Shown here: in pieces, positions 27,931-37,977 of the stretch
Numbering within the stretch: position 1 is the stretch's first letter
How the letters are laid out: the number at the start of each line of letters is the position of its first letter
Assembly (NCBI GenBank): GCA_041554155.1
Contig: JBFFMI010000001.1
Coordinates: 1-62,622 of the forward strand
DNA: 62,622 nt
Reading direction: 5' to 3'
Source of the DNA: Anaerolineales bacterium
GTDB lineage: Bacteria > Chloroflexota > Anaerolineae > Anaerolineales > E44-bin32
The notes under the pieces: generated by a model
The model's database searches: none
What the model was told of the DNA's origin: nothing
The model's input: only the letters and a program-made list of their open reading frames with translations
Position numbers and translations under genes: made by a program

Positions 27931-27953
27931 AAACCCGCCCAATGGGCGGGTTT
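27931..27953. terminator. Bidirectional rho-independent terminator (degV / dnaA)
   Basis: AAACCCGCCC-AAT-GGGCGGGTTT flanked by an A-run and T-rich sequence. Confidence 0.8.
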
Positions 27954-27979
27954 ATGTTTCAACGGAAGTGCATGAACGT

Positions 27980-29314
27980 TTAGACGGTCACACCTTCGAA
28001 CAGTTGCTCCCGGATCGCCATGACATCACGACGCAGTGTGTCATTCGTCTCGAGTTGCGCTCCGATTTTCTCACAGCCATACAAGATCGTGGAGTGATCC
28101 CGTCCCCCGAGCAGATCGCCAATTTTTGGCAGCGAGTTTGATGTTTCCTCACGGATGAGATACATGGCCACTTGCCGGGCGAGCGCAACCGCTTTCGAGC
28201 GATCACGTCCGATTAATTGTTCCGGCTCGAGCCTGAAACGTTCCGCAACGGCCGAGATGATGTCATCGGTCGTCAGGCTTCCACGTCGCACCATAAACTC
28301 CCCAAGGGCCATATCCACCAAGGCAGGTGTCAGGGGTTGACCGCTCAAATCAGCATACGCGAGCACGCGAGTCAAGGCACCCTCAAGTTCGCGAATATTG
28401 CTTTGCACACGCTGGGCGATCAACTCCAACAGCTCGGCGTTAACTTCTCGGCCAGCCCGATCCGCTTTGAATCGCAGAATCGCCAGCCTGGTTTCGAAAT
28501 CGGGAGTCTGGATATCGGCCGTCATGCCCCACTCAAAGCGTGATCGCAGGCGTTCTTCGAGTGTGACCAGTGAGCGCTGTGGGCGATCGGACGAGATCAC
28601 CAACTGTTTATCCTGGCCGTGCAGAGTGTTGAACGTGTGGAAAAATTCTTCCTGGGTCGATTCTTTGCCGGCAATGAATTGGATATCATCGATCAACAGC
28701 ACATCTATCCTGCGATACCGCTCTCGGAAGATGGCCGTATTCTGGGATCGGATGGCGTTAACAAGATCATTGGTGAACTCTTCAGAAGACACGTAGAGCA
28801 CGTTTAATCCAGCCTCTATACAGGCATGGCCCACCGCATGGAGAAGATGCGTTTTTCCCAACCCCACGCCACCGTAAAGAAAGAGCGGGTTATACGCTTT
28901 CGCAGGGCTTTCCGCCACCGCCTGAGCAGCCGCATGGGCCAAGCGATTTCCTGCTCCAACCACAAATGTCTCAAAGGTATAGCGACGGTTTAATATGCTG
29001 GATATCGGGGCACTCGGCTCCTGTACGGGAACAGGGAGGATAGGCTCGGCGTGCTGCTCGTGCGTTGCACCTTGCCAAACAACAAAGCGGACATCGACCG
29101 TTCTTCCAAGGATCCCGGTAAGCACTCGCTTTGCGGTAGCCAGGAGCCGATCCTCCAGCCAATCACGAGCATAAGCATTACGAACCCCGATAACAAAGGT
29201 GCTGTCTTCGTACGTGAGATACTCAGCATCGCGAACCCAGGTATCAAAGGCACCGCGCGGCAATTCCATTTGCAATTGTCCAAGCGCTGCTTGCCAGTGT
29301 TGCTCTGCGTTCAT
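27980..29314 (-). CDS. dnaA: Chromosomal replication initiator protein
   Basis: NPLFLYGGVGLGKTHLL, LLIDDIQF, and a C-terminal domain IV ending DHSTILYGCEKI. AGAGGTG SD upstream. Confidence 0.95.
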   Translation of the reverse strand: MNAEQHWQAALGQLQMELPRGAFDTWVRDAEYLTYEDSTFVIGVRNAYARDWLEDRLLATAKRVLTGILGRTVDVRFVVWQGATHEQHAEPILPVPVQEPSAPISSILNRRYTFETFVVGAGNRLAHAAAQAVAESPAKAYNPLFLYGGVGLGKTHLLHAVGHACIEAGLNVLYVSSEEFTNDLVNAIRSQNTAIFRERYRRIDVLLIDDIQFIAGKESTQEEFFHTFNTLHGQDKQLVISSDRPQRSLVTLEERLRSRFEWGMTADIQTPDFETRLAILRFKADRAGREVNAELLELIAQRVQSNIRELEGALTRVLAYADLSGQPLTPALVDMALGEFMVRRGSLTTDDIISAVAERFRLEPEQLIGRDRSKAVALARQVAMYLIREETSNSLPKIGDLLGGRDHSTILYGCEKIGAQLETNDTLRRDVMAIREQLFEGVTV

Positions 29315-29900
29315 CTACACCTCTGATATCCCGTCAGCACCCAGGTTGTTGACGTCGACCGGTGGTCTATGGATTTTGTTTCGGAGTATTAAACAACTTC
29401 CTTGACGCCCGTGGGTTGTTGTCGTCGAGGGGACGAATTATTTCAACCTGAGCCAGTGGAAGCCGTGGGTGCTCCTCCTCTTGCTACCAATCTCACCCAC
29501 GGTGGAGCCATTCTAACAAAAGGCTGGGCTGGCTTCAATACGCTAAGCCGCCGCTTACCTAAAAAGATTGAAATTTTTAAGCTCGCCTAACCTTAAAGAG
29601 AGCATGGGAAAACATGCGATATGCGTATTTCTTACTGCGGAGCACGATCAAAAATTCGACCCATATCTAAGCCGAATCGAGCAATGCACCCCCAGATATG
29701 CGCATTATTCAGACGATACCAGCGCTTCATATCTAAGCCCGTCATAACCTTAAAAATTTTTGGGAGCAAAAAACACATGGATGCTGTGCGCTGAAGCTAC
29801 GATTTTTACAGTTAAATGTTGGCGTTTCAACATCGCGCTTTCGTTTTTAACAGAAATCCATACAGACGCGCGGGCGAGCTGACAAATCGGGTCGAGCTGC
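29315..29900. promoter_or_regulatory. dnaA upstream region / candidate oriC segment (AT-rich tracts, repeated motifs)
   Basis: 586-bp non-coding gap. AT-rich runs lie at about 29560-29590 and 29745-29860. There are duplicated GATATGCG and CATATCTAAGCC motifs and three ATCCAT cores. No perfect TTATCCACA box is present. Confidence 0.35.
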
Positions 29901-31268
29901 TTATCCAAGGGCGACGCGCAAGGCCTCCTTAAGAGACCGAACGCGCAGCAACTCGATCCCTTTCGCTTCCGCATCCTGCATCCGGGCCTGCTTGGGTATC
30001 AGCGCTCGGCGGAAGCCTAATTTCGATGCTTCAGCGAGGCGTGCCCCAATCTGCGATACCGCCCGGAGCTCCCCAGATAAACCAACTTCACCTATGAAAA
30101 GCATATCGGCTGGCGTCACTTTATCGCGGTGGGAAGAAGCCAGCGCGATAGCCATGGCCAGATCAGCGGCCGGCTCCCCGATTCTTAAGCCTCCCACAAC
30201 ATTTACGAATAAGTCCTCATCCAGCACTCGCAAACCTGCCCTGCGTGACAGCACGGCAGCGATCAACAGTAGTCGGCTCAGGTCTACACCATTGGCTGTC
30301 CGCCTTGGATTGCTATAGGAGCTCTGGCTGGTCAATCCCTGGATCTCCACTAAAAGCGGACGGGTTCCTTCCATAGTCACAGCGACTGCCGATCCGGGCG
30401 AACTGACCACGCGCTCGGCGAGCATTGCCTCGGAGGGATTGGGCACTTCCACCATCCCATTCGATTGCATCTCAAAAACACCAACCTCTGAAGTGGGGCC
30501 GAAACGGTTCTTCACAGAGCGTAAGAGGCGGTATGCGTGATAGGGGTCGCCCTCCAGGTAGAGAACAGTGTCCACGATGTGCTCTAAAACCCGCGGACCG
30601 GCGATGGATCCATCTTTGGTTACATGTCCAACCAGAAATACGGCAATCCCCGATTGCTTGGCCAAGGCCTGGAGACGGTTGGCGCATTCCCGCACTTGTG
30701 TGATCGAGCCTGGGCCCGATTCCACCTCTGGGCTATGCATGGTCTGGATCGAATCGATGATCAACAAGCGTGGCCCTAGATTCTCAACCTGAGAGATAAT
30801 TGCCTCAACATCCGTCTCAGAGAGCAGATAGAGCTGACCGGCTTCGCCATCGCCTGAATCAAGACGATTTGAACGCAATTTAATCTGACGCTCCGATTCC
30901 TCCCCAGAGACATACAGCACCGGTCCATGCCTTGCCACTTCGATGGCAGTTTGAAGCAGGAGTGTTGACTTACCGATACCCGGATCGCCGCCGATCAGAA
31001 CCACAGAACCAGGCACAATGCCGCCACCTAACACGCGGGCAAACTCGGCGATCGAAAGTACCAGACGCTCATCTGGATCGCCCACTACCTCCGCCAACCT
31101 GACCGCCCTGGGAGTCGTCCCCGAGATCGTGCGTGCTCGAGAACGACCTGATCCCACCAGCTCAGCGGTCATGCTATTCCAGGATCCACACTGGGGACAA
31201 CGCCCCAGTGGTTTTGCTGCCACTCGACCACATTGCTGGCAGATATACTGCGTTTTCGTCTTGGCCAC
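29901..31268 (-). CDS. radA: DNA repair protein RadA/Sms
   Basis: CQQCG..CPQCGSW zinc finger, GGDPGIGKSTLLLQ Walker A, a KNRFG motif and a Lon-like C-terminus. Confidence 0.95.
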   Translation of the reverse strand: MAKTKTQYICQQCGRVAAKPLGRCPQCGSWNSMTAELVGSGRSRARTISGTTPRAVRLAEVVGDPDERLVLSIAEFARVLGGGIVPGSVVLIGGDPGIGKSTLLLQTAIEVARHGPVLYVSGEESERQIKLRSNRLDSGDGEAGQLYLLSETDVEAIISQVENLGPRLLIIDSIQTMHSPEVESGPGSITQVRECANRLQALAKQSGIAVFLVGHVTKDGSIAGPRVLEHIVDTVLYLEGDPYHAYRLLRSVKNRFGPTSEVGVFEMQSNGMVEVPNPSEAMLAERVVSSPGSAVAVTMEGTRPLLVEIQGLTSQSSYSNPRRTANGVDLSRLLLIAAVLSRRAGLRVLDEDLFVNVVGGLRIGEPAADLAMAIALASSHRDKVTPADMLFIGEVGLSGELRAVSQIGARLAEASKLGFRRALIPKQARMQDAEAKGIELLRVRSLKEALRVALG

Positions 31269-31313
31269 AGACCCTCCAAGTCAGATTATACGCGCTGGGT
31301 AATGCCAATCAAA

Positions 31314-31339
31314 AAGGCCTGGCGCAGACGCCAGGCCTT
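31314..31339 (-). terminator. Rho-independent terminator of clpC
   Basis: AAGGCCTGGCG-CAGA-CGCCAGGCCTT, followed on the minus strand by TTTTTG. Confidence 0.8.
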
Positions 31340-31362
31340 AAAGGTCTTCAGGATCGCCGTCC

Positions 31363-33843
31363 CTATACTGCCGGTACTGCTTCTTGCGCCTCGTCCTCAG
31401 GTTCTTTCTTCTCAGCCTGTAGAACGATCTCATCTTCTTCGACATCGATCAAAACCTTGTCGCCGGATTTGAATCGACCAGCCAGAAGTGAGTCGGAGAG
31501 CTGATCTTCAACCCGGTTCTGGATCTCCCGTCGCAGCGGTCGCGCTCCCATTTCCGGATCGTAGCCAAGATCGGCCAATTTCAGGCGGGCTTGTTCTGAA
31601 GTGACCAGTTCGATTTCATGTTCCTTAAGACGCTCGGACACTTTCTCAATCTCAAGATCGACGATTTCAGTGATTTGCTCTTTGGTCAGGGCATGGAAGA
31701 CCATGATCGAGTCAACCCGGTTGAGAAACTCTGGCCGGAACACTTTCTTCAACGCTTCGGTTAGCTTCTTGTGCATTTCATCGTATGCCAACCGCTCCTC
31801 GGTATCCTCGTCGGCGGGGAGATCAAAGCCGAGATTGGTCTGGCGCCTGATCATGTCCGCACCCACATTCGACGTCATAACGATGATCGCATTGCGGAAA
31901 TCAACTTTACGGCCGCGTGCATCTGATAGCTGACCTTCCTCCATGATCTGGAGCAGCATGTTGTGCGCCTCAGGATGCGCCTTCTCAACCTCGTCGAATA
32001 CGATGATGGAGTAGGGTCGTCGCCTGATGGCCTCAGTGAGCTGACCGGCGTCGTCGTATCCGACATAACCCGGAGGGGCACCCACAAGCCGGCTCACCGC
32101 ATGACGTTCCATCAGCTCAGACATATCGATCTGAACCAGCGCCTCTTCCGAACCGAACATAAACTCGGCCAGGGCTTTGGTCAGCTCGGTCTTCCCAACG
32201 CCTGTAGGACCCAGGAAAATAAATGACCCGATCGGCCGGCTGGGATCTTTCAATCCCGCCCGCGAGCGTCGCACAGCCTTGGCGATAGCTGTAATCGCCT
32301 CGTCCTGGCCCACGATCCGTTCATGCAATGCTTGCTCCATATTGAGTAAGCGCTCGGATTCAGCCTCGGCCAGCGTCATGAGGGGAACACCCGTCCACAT
32401 CGAAACCACTTCGGCAATGTCTTCCTGGGTGACGCGTGTCCCGCTTTCGCTGCGATCCCAGGCGGATTGCAATTGTTCCAGTCTCTCTTCAAGTTCAGAT
32501 TCTTGATCGGCAAATGTCTGCGCCTGATCGGCTTGGTTCTGATCGACAGCCTGGTTATAGTTCTCCCGGACCTGGCGCAGCTCTTTGATGATTTCCCTGA
32601 GCGACACGGCCTCATCGCTCTTGTACATGCGCACACGCGAAGCCGATTCGTCAATCAGGTCAATTGCTTTATCAGGCAGGAAGCGATCAGTAACATACCG
32701 TGCAGAAAGATGTGCCGCTGATTCAAGTGCTTCATCGGTGATCAACAACTTATGATGTTCCTCGTACGGACGCCGAACACCGCGCAGGATATCGATGGTC
32801 TCTTCAATCGAGGGCTCTTCAACCATCACAGGTTGGAACCGTCGCTCAAGTGCTGCATCACTCTCAATATGCTTGCGATATTCATCCAACGTGGTCGCGC
32901 CAATGACCTGTAATTCCCCTCGTGAAAGCGCTGGCTTGAGGATATTAGCCGCGTCGACCGATGAGCCGGCCGAGCCCGCTCCTACCAGCATATGCACTTC
33001 ATCGATGAACAGGATGGCATCGGAGGCTTTCAGCTCATCGATCACTCGCTTCAGCCGCTCCTCAAACTGGCCGCGATACATCGTGCCCGCTACCAGGGAG
33101 CCCACATCCAGTTGAAGCACGCGCTTCCCAATCAATGGTCCCGGCGTTTCGCCTGCGATGATGCGCTGTGCCAGCCCCTCGACGATGGCTGTTTTGCCCA
33201 CACCCGGCTCCCCGATCAGGGCCGGGTTGTTTTTGGTCCTGCGGGCGAGGATCTGGATCACTCGCTCGATCTCCATCTCGCGACCAATCACTGGATCAAG
33301 CTTGTCTTCTTCCGCCAGGGTGGTCAGATCGGTTGCGAGTTGATCGACCAGGGGTGTTTTAGCAGCTGGTTCTCTCTTGCGGGCGGCGCCTTTCCGGGAA
33401 ACCCGCCGGGTGGGACTCTCCTGGAGAATACGTTTGGTCTGACGGCGAACCTGCTCTGGCGTTATCCCCAGATGCTTGAGGACATCCAGGCCGACACCTT
33501 CTGCCTGATCCACCATACCCAACAGGATGTGCTCGGTACCAATGTAATGGTGACCCATCTCTCTGGCCTGATCGATCGCATCCTGGAGAACTTTTTCCGT
33601 GGCTGGCGCCAGTTCGATACGACCGCCTGTATGGCGACCGCGTCCGGTAAGCCTCTCGACCATTTCCTTCACACGAGCAGGATCCAGCCCCAGTTCACGC
33701 AGCACCCGACCCGCCACACCACCTTCTTCCCGAATCAATCCCAGGAGAAGGTGCTCAGTGCCAATGTAATTGTGATGTAGCCTTTCCGCTTCTTCATGCG
33801 CCAGGCTCAGCACCCGCCTTGCCCTTTGAGTGAAGCGTTCCAT
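31363..33843 (-). CDS. clpC: ATP-dependent Clp protease ATP-binding subunit ClpC
   Basis: Two Clp_N repeats and two AAA+ modules ([18 protein letters not shown]). ATG at 33843 (MERFTQRA). Confidence 0.9.
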   Translation of the reverse strand: MERFTQRARRVLSLAHEEAERLHHNYIGTEHLLLGLIREEGGVAGRVLRELGLDPARVKEMVERLTGRGRHTGGRIELAPATEKVLQDAIDQAREMGHHYIGTEHILLGMVDQAEGVGLDVLKHLGITPEQVRRQTKRILQESPTRRVSRKGAARKREPAAKTPLVDQLATDLTTLAEEDKLDPVIGREMEIERVIQILARRTKNNPALIGEPGVGKTAIVEGLAQRIIAGETPGPLIGKRVLQLDVGSLVAGTMYRGQFEERLKRVIDELKASDAILFIDEVHMLVGAGSAGSSVDAANILKPALSRGELQVIGATTLDEYRKHIESDAALERRFQPVMVEEPSIEETIDILRGVRRPYEEHHKLLITDEALESAAHLSARYVTDRFLPDKAIDLIDESASRVRMYKSDEAVSLREIIKELRQVRENYNQAVDQNQADQAQTFADQESELEERLEQLQSAWDRSESGTRVTQEDIAEVVSMWTGVPLMTLAEAESERLLNMEQALHERIVGQDEAITAIAKAVRRSRAGLKDPSRPIGSFIFLGPTGVGKTELTKALAEFMFGSEEALVQIDMSELMERHAVSRLVGAPPGYVGYDDAGQLTEAIRRRPYSIIVFDEVEKAHPEAHNMLLQIMEEGQLSDARGRKVDFRNAIIVMTSNVGADMIRRQTNLGFDLPADEDTEERLAYDEMHKKLTEALKKVFRPEFLNRVDSIMVFHALTKEQITEIVDLEIEKVSERLKEHEIELVTSEQARLKLADLGYDPEMGARPLRREIQNRVEDQLSDSLLAGRFKSGDKVLIDVEEDEIVLQAEKKEPEDEAQEAVPAV

Positions 33844-33962
33844 CTTATCGGCCACAGTCGTCCCTCCCAAACTACTACTAAGAATTTAACCCTACGCTAT
33901 CTCATTCTACCAAAGAATGGAATGCGGCTTCCTGGGATTAGGAGTATTTACCCCCATAGAAT

Positions 33963-33993
33963 AACAAAAACGGGCGCACATATGTGCGCCCGT
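33963..33993 (-). terminator. Rho-independent terminator of rpsA
   Basis: ACGGGCGCACA/TGTGCGCCCGT palindromic hairpin, followed on the minus strand by TTTTTGTT. Confidence 0.8.
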
Positions 33994-34013
33994 TCGAGAG
34001 GCAGTCTGTTTAG

Positions 34014-35729
34014 CTACTCTTTATCCTCATCCGACTCTTCTTCTGTTTGCTCGTCAGACTCAACTTGCTCGGCGTCCGCCTCCGGGACTTGCTCACCTTC
34101 AGCATCGGGCGCTTCCATAATGGCCTCAGCGTCCTCCAATTCTGTCTCGGCAGCTTCTTCATCCGCCATTTCTTCAGAAGCATCGACCGCTATGTCATCC
34201 GGCATCTCTTCTACGGCTTGCTCCACAAGCTCTACTTCATCCTCGGCGGGCTCAAGCTCGGGCTCACTGTCCGCTTCCATGTCAAGCTCAGCTTCAGCTT
34301 CGACTACCTCCACCTCGGTATCTGTCTCGCTGGTCTCTGATTCTGCACCTTCCTGTGCTTCCGGTGCCTCATCTGGCATTTCCGCTTCGATCTCTTCACT
34401 CAACGCTTCCAGCTCCGCCGGTGCGACATCGACGGCGTCTGTCTCCAGTGCTGCGTCGAAATCTTCAACCTCTGCCTCTGCTTCAGAAGCTTGGTCATCG
34501 CTGTCGACAGCTTGCATCGCTGTCTGCCAATCGAGATCAGCATATTCAGCTGAGTCGACCTGCTTCAGGCTGAGCCCGACACGCCGCTTATCGCGATCGA
34601 TCTTGATCAAACGCAATGTTACGGTCTGTGTTTCCTCAACCACTTCCTTTGGATGCTCAATCCGGCGATCAGATAATTCTGAGATATGAATCAGGCCCTC
34701 AATTTCAAAATCTTCCAGGCCCTTGATAGCCGCAAATGCACCAAATTTTGTTAGCTTCGTGATGGTGCCTTCCACCAACTGCCCTTCGGTGAAATCTGCC
34801 ATCAAATCATCCCAGGGATTCGTCTCAAGCTCACGCAGCGATAGGCTGATGCGATTACGCTCATTATCGATGTTCAAAACTTTGACTTTCACATCCTGGC
34901 CAACCTGCAGGATTTCCTTGGGATCACTGACACGCTTCCAGGAAATTTCCGAAATATGGATCAATCCATCGGCGCCACCGATATCGACAAATGCGCCAAA
35001 ATCAGCCAGGCTGATCACGGTGCCTTCGCGCACTTCTCCCGGGGTAAGATCAGCGATCAATCGTTCCTTGAGAGCATCGCGCGCCTCGCGAGCGGCTGCT
35101 TTCTCTGAGAGAATCAGCCGGTTGCGACGACGGTCGACTTCAATTACGCGTGTGACGATGGGCTCCCCAACCATCTTGCCCCAGCGTTGATCCGGGGTCT
35201 CCCCCTCTGAACGACGTCGGCGTGCAAGGCTTACCTGGGAAGCGGGGATGAAACCGCGCAGACGTCCATACTTAACAATCAAGCCGCCCTTGTTATACCC
35301 GGCGACGATGCTGTCCAGGGTTTCACGGCTTTCCATATATTTTTCAACATCGCGCCAATCTTGTTCCTCTTCAGCACGCGAGAGCGACAACAACATCGTG
35401 CCGTCACGATCTGCCGAACGAATAACATAAACCTCAATTTCTTGACCAACGTCAAGTTCGGCGCGCTCTTCTTCAGACAATTGCTCTAATTCCCTATAGG
35501 GAACCACGCCCTCAGATTTTGCACCGACATCAACGAGAACGTCGTTCTCGCTAATTCTGGCAATCGTTCCGGTCCGAATTTCGCCACGCCGTGGGGTTTC
35601 AAGTTCGTAGGCCTCTGCTTCTAGCAGGGCATCCATCGGGTGTTCCTCTCGTTGATTTTCCTCCTGGGGCGAGAGGATTTCTTCCCCAATGGCCTTCTCA
35701 TTTGCATCCATATAAGATTCGGTCTCCAA
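34014..35729 (-). CDS. rpsA: 30S ribosomal protein S1 (four S1 domains) with about 170-aa acidic C-terminal tail
   Basis: Four S1 OB-fold repeats (for example GTVISLADFGAFVDIGGADGLIHISEIS), followed by an E/D/A-rich tail. Confidence 0.9.
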   Translation of the reverse strand: METESYMDANEKAIGEEILSPQEENQREEHPMDALLEAEAYELETPRRGEIRTGTIARISENDVLVDVGAKSEGVVPYRELEQLSEEERAELDVGQEIEVYVIRSADRDGTMLLSLSRAEEEQDWRDVEKYMESRETLDSIVAGYNKGGLIVKYGRLRGFIPASQVSLARRRRSEGETPDQRWGKMVGEPIVTRVIEVDRRRNRLILSEKAAAREARDALKERLIADLTPGEVREGTVISLADFGAFVDIGGADGLIHISEISWKRVSDPKEILQVGQDVKVKVLNIDNERNRISLSLRELETNPWDDLMADFTEGQLVEGTITKLTKFGAFAAIKGLEDFEIEGLIHISELSDRRIEHPKEVVEETQTVTLRLIKIDRDKRRVGLSLKQVDSAEYADLDWQTAMQAVDSDDQASEAEAEVEDFDAALETDAVDVAPAELEALSEEIEAEMPDEAPEAQEGAESETSETDTEVEVVEAEAELDMEADSEPELEPAEDEVELVEQAVEEMPDDIAVDASEEMADEEAAETELEDAEAIMEAPDAEGEQVPEADAEQVESDEQTEEESDEDKE

Positions 35730-35832
35730 TTCGTAGATAGGTTGGCATTATAAAGGGGATGACCCTTAATGTAAACGGTGCCTGTTTTCGGTACTATTCA
35801 ATAGGGTATAATCCCGCCGGAGACCTCTTTCA

Positions 35833-36945
35833 ATGGCTATCGTATATCCTTTCACCGCGATTGTCGGCCAAGAGCGCATGCGCCGAGCGCTGGTTTTGAA
35901 CGCAATTAACCCTCGAATCGGTGGGGTTTTGATCCGAGGGGAGCGCGGTACCGCCAAATCTACAGCTGCCCGCGCACTTTCCGCCCTCTTACCCGATGTC
36001 GATGTGGTCGTCGACTGCCGCTTCCGCTGTGACCCCAATCTACCACTCAGCTTGTGTACGGAATGTCGAGAGCGCATTGAGCTCGGAAACGAATTGCCGG
36101 TTATCACACAACCAACCTCTTTTGTCGACCTTCCTGTCTCGGCTACTGAAGACCGGGTCGTGGGCACGCTGGATATCGAACGAGCGATAAAAGAGGGTGA
36201 GCGGCACTTCGAACCCGGGATCCTGGCCTCGGCAAATCGCGGTTTGTTATATATCGACGAAGTCAACCTCTTGGACGACCATGTCGTTGATGTGCTGCTG
36301 GACTCGGCCGCGCTGGGCATGAACATTGTCGAGCGCGAGGGCATCTCCTTTAGCCACCCTTCTCGCTACATCCTGGTTGGCACCATGAATCCTGAAGAAG
36401 GCGATCTCAGGCCACAACTTCTGGATCGCTTCGCACTTTCTGTCCAAATTCGAGGGTTGCTCGATCCACAGGATCGTGTGGCGATCATGGAACGCAACCT
36501 CGAATTTGAAGCGAATCCTGAACAGTTCCGCCAAACATGGCTAGAGCGGGAGCAGCAGTTATCCAAGGAGATCCATGCTGCCCGCAAGCTGGTTGATTCG
36601 GTCAAGTACAACAAACGCGATCTGCTCGCCATTGCGGCGCTCACGTCTTCCATGCAAGTTGACGGGCACCGTGCCGATCTGGTCATCTTGAAAGCCGCAA
36701 GAGCGCATGCCGCTTTTGAGGGAAGAACACAGATCAATCAACGCGATATCGCCCTGGCAGCAGAGCTGGCACTCCCTCACAGGCTTCGGCGCGGCCCCTT
36801 CCAGCAAGTCGATATCAACATTGAGGAACTACAATCAAGGATTGAACAAATTCAGGCAGATGTAAATCAAAGCAGCGATAGCCTTGATGTCCCCTCCGAA
36901 GAAGAAAGCTCTGAAACTAAAAAAAAAGACCTAAACCCGTCCTAG
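35833..36945 (+). CDS. ChlI/BchI-like AAA+ chelatase ATPase subunit
   Basis: YPFTAIVGQERMRRAL, Walker A GERGTAKST, Walker B LLYIDEVNLLDD, MNPEEGDLRPQLLDRF. Confidence 0.85.
   Translation: MAIVYPFTAIVGQERMRRALVLNAINPRIGGVLIRGERGTAKSTAARALSALLPDVDVVVDCRFRCDPNLPLSLCTECRERIELGNELPVITQPTSFVDLPVSATEDRVVGTLDIERAIKEGERHFEPGILASANRGLLYIDEVNLLDDHVVDVLLDSAALGMNIVEREGISFSHPSRYILVGTMNPEEGDLRPQLLDRFALSVQIRGLLDPQDRVAIMERNLEFEANPEQFRQTWLEREQQLSKEIHAARKLVDSVKYNKRDLLAIAALTSSMQVDGHRADLVILKAARAHAAFEGRTQINQRDIALAAELALPHRLRRGPFQQVDINIEELQSRIEQIQADVNQSSDSLDVPSEEESSETKKKDLNPS
36919..36927 (+). other. A9 homopolymer forming an A_AAA_AAA heptamer in the ChlI-like frame; candidate -1 recoding or slippage site, or an indel-prone tract
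   Basis: ACT AAA AAA AAA GAC lies 16 nt before the ChlI-like stop. The -1 frame opens at the run and continues into the VWA gene. Confidence 0.4.
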
Positions 36946-36980
36946 CAGATGAAGAAGCGGATGCTTCTGAAGAACGCGAT

Positions 36981-37910
36981 ATGGCGGAACCCCAACGTCA
37001 ACCCACGCCTGATAGCCTCTCCGCACGTTGGTGGGAAGGGGGCGACAAAGTTAAGGTCGGGAGCTCATTTGTCCCCCGCCGGCTTGAAGGAAATTTCGAT
37101 CGTTTGTCCCGGCGCCAGAGCGGACGCCGGACTCGCTCCCGTACCGAACTGAAACGAGGCCGCTATTTCCAGGCCCGGCCCGCGCACAGGAAAACAACCG
37201 ATATCGCGTTCGACGCTACGATCCGGGCAGCTGCACCCCATCAAATCAACCGGGCTGAGCAGCGCCAGCGTGTGTCATTTGCCATCATGCCTTCGGACCT
37301 GCATCGCAAGGTACGCGTGCGCAAGGCGCCTAATCTCATTCTCTTCGTTGTGGATGCCTCCTGGTCAATGGCTGTCGCCGAGCGGATGTCGGCAACCAAA
37401 GGGGCGATATTGTCCTTGCTCACGGATGCCTACCAGCGTCGCGATCGGGTGGGTATGGTGGTCTTTCAAAAAGACCGGGCCATCAGTATCCTGCCCCCTA
37501 CCAACTCAGTGCAGCTCGCACAACGTGCCCTGGCTGATATACCGGTCGGTGGCAAGACCCCTCTATCGGCCGGTCTTAGTCTGGCGCTTGAGATCGTTCG
37601 CAAAGAAAAAATACTTCACCCAGATGTGCTGCCATTAATGATTATTCTGACCGATGGGGCAGGCAATGTCTCGATGGGCGATTTAGCTCCCCAGGAAGAA
37701 GCTTTATTCATGGCCAACCGCATTCGCAAGGAAGAGATCAACTCAGTGGTGATCAATATGGAACATGCGGCCTTCGACCAGGGCCTAGCGCAAAAACTGG
37801 CTGATGAGCTCGGCGGAATATGCTACACCCTGCATGAGCTCAAAGCAGAACATCTATACCAGGCTGTCCGCCATGAGCTCAGCGAAAGCGCGGCCTCACT
37901 TCACGGATAG
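36981..37910 (+). CDS. ChlD-like C-terminal half: basic region plus VWA (MIDAS) domain
   Basis: RGRY...DIAFDATIRAAAPHQ, then ILFVVDASWSM (DxSxS MIDAS). The SD before ATG 36981 is weak. The frame is open upstream back to 36921. Confidence 0.8.
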   Translation: MAEPQRQPTPDSLSARWWEGGDKVKVGSSFVPRRLEGNFDRLSRRQSGRRTRSRTELKRGRYFQARPAHRKTTDIAFDATIRAAAPHQINRAEQRQRVSFAIMPSDLHRKVRVRKAPNLILFVVDASWSMAVAERMSATKGAILSLLTDAYQRRDRVGMVVFQKDRAISILPPTNSVQLAQRALADIPVGGKTPLSAGLSLALEIVRKEKILHPDVLPLMIILTDGAGNVSMGDLAPQEEALFMANRIRKEEINSVVINMEHAAFDQGLAQKLADELGGICYTLHELKAEHLYQAVRHELSESAASLHG

Positions 37911-37977
37911 CCGGCTTCCCCTGCATTCCATTGACTGATTGCTTGGCGTATCCTCTCTAGAGCTGAAGGAGATCAAC

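Noticed and set aside
29899-29907. TTATCCAAG, the closest match to a DnaA box.
   Set aside because: It is a single 7-of-9 match that overlaps the radA stop codon. It is not evidence for an origin on its own.
33796-34689. A 297-aa Ser-rich ORF on the plus strand.
   Set aside because: It is the antisense mirror of the GAA/GAG/GCN-rich acidic tail of rpsA. It is low-complexity, has no SD, and is fully contained in a strongly supported gene.
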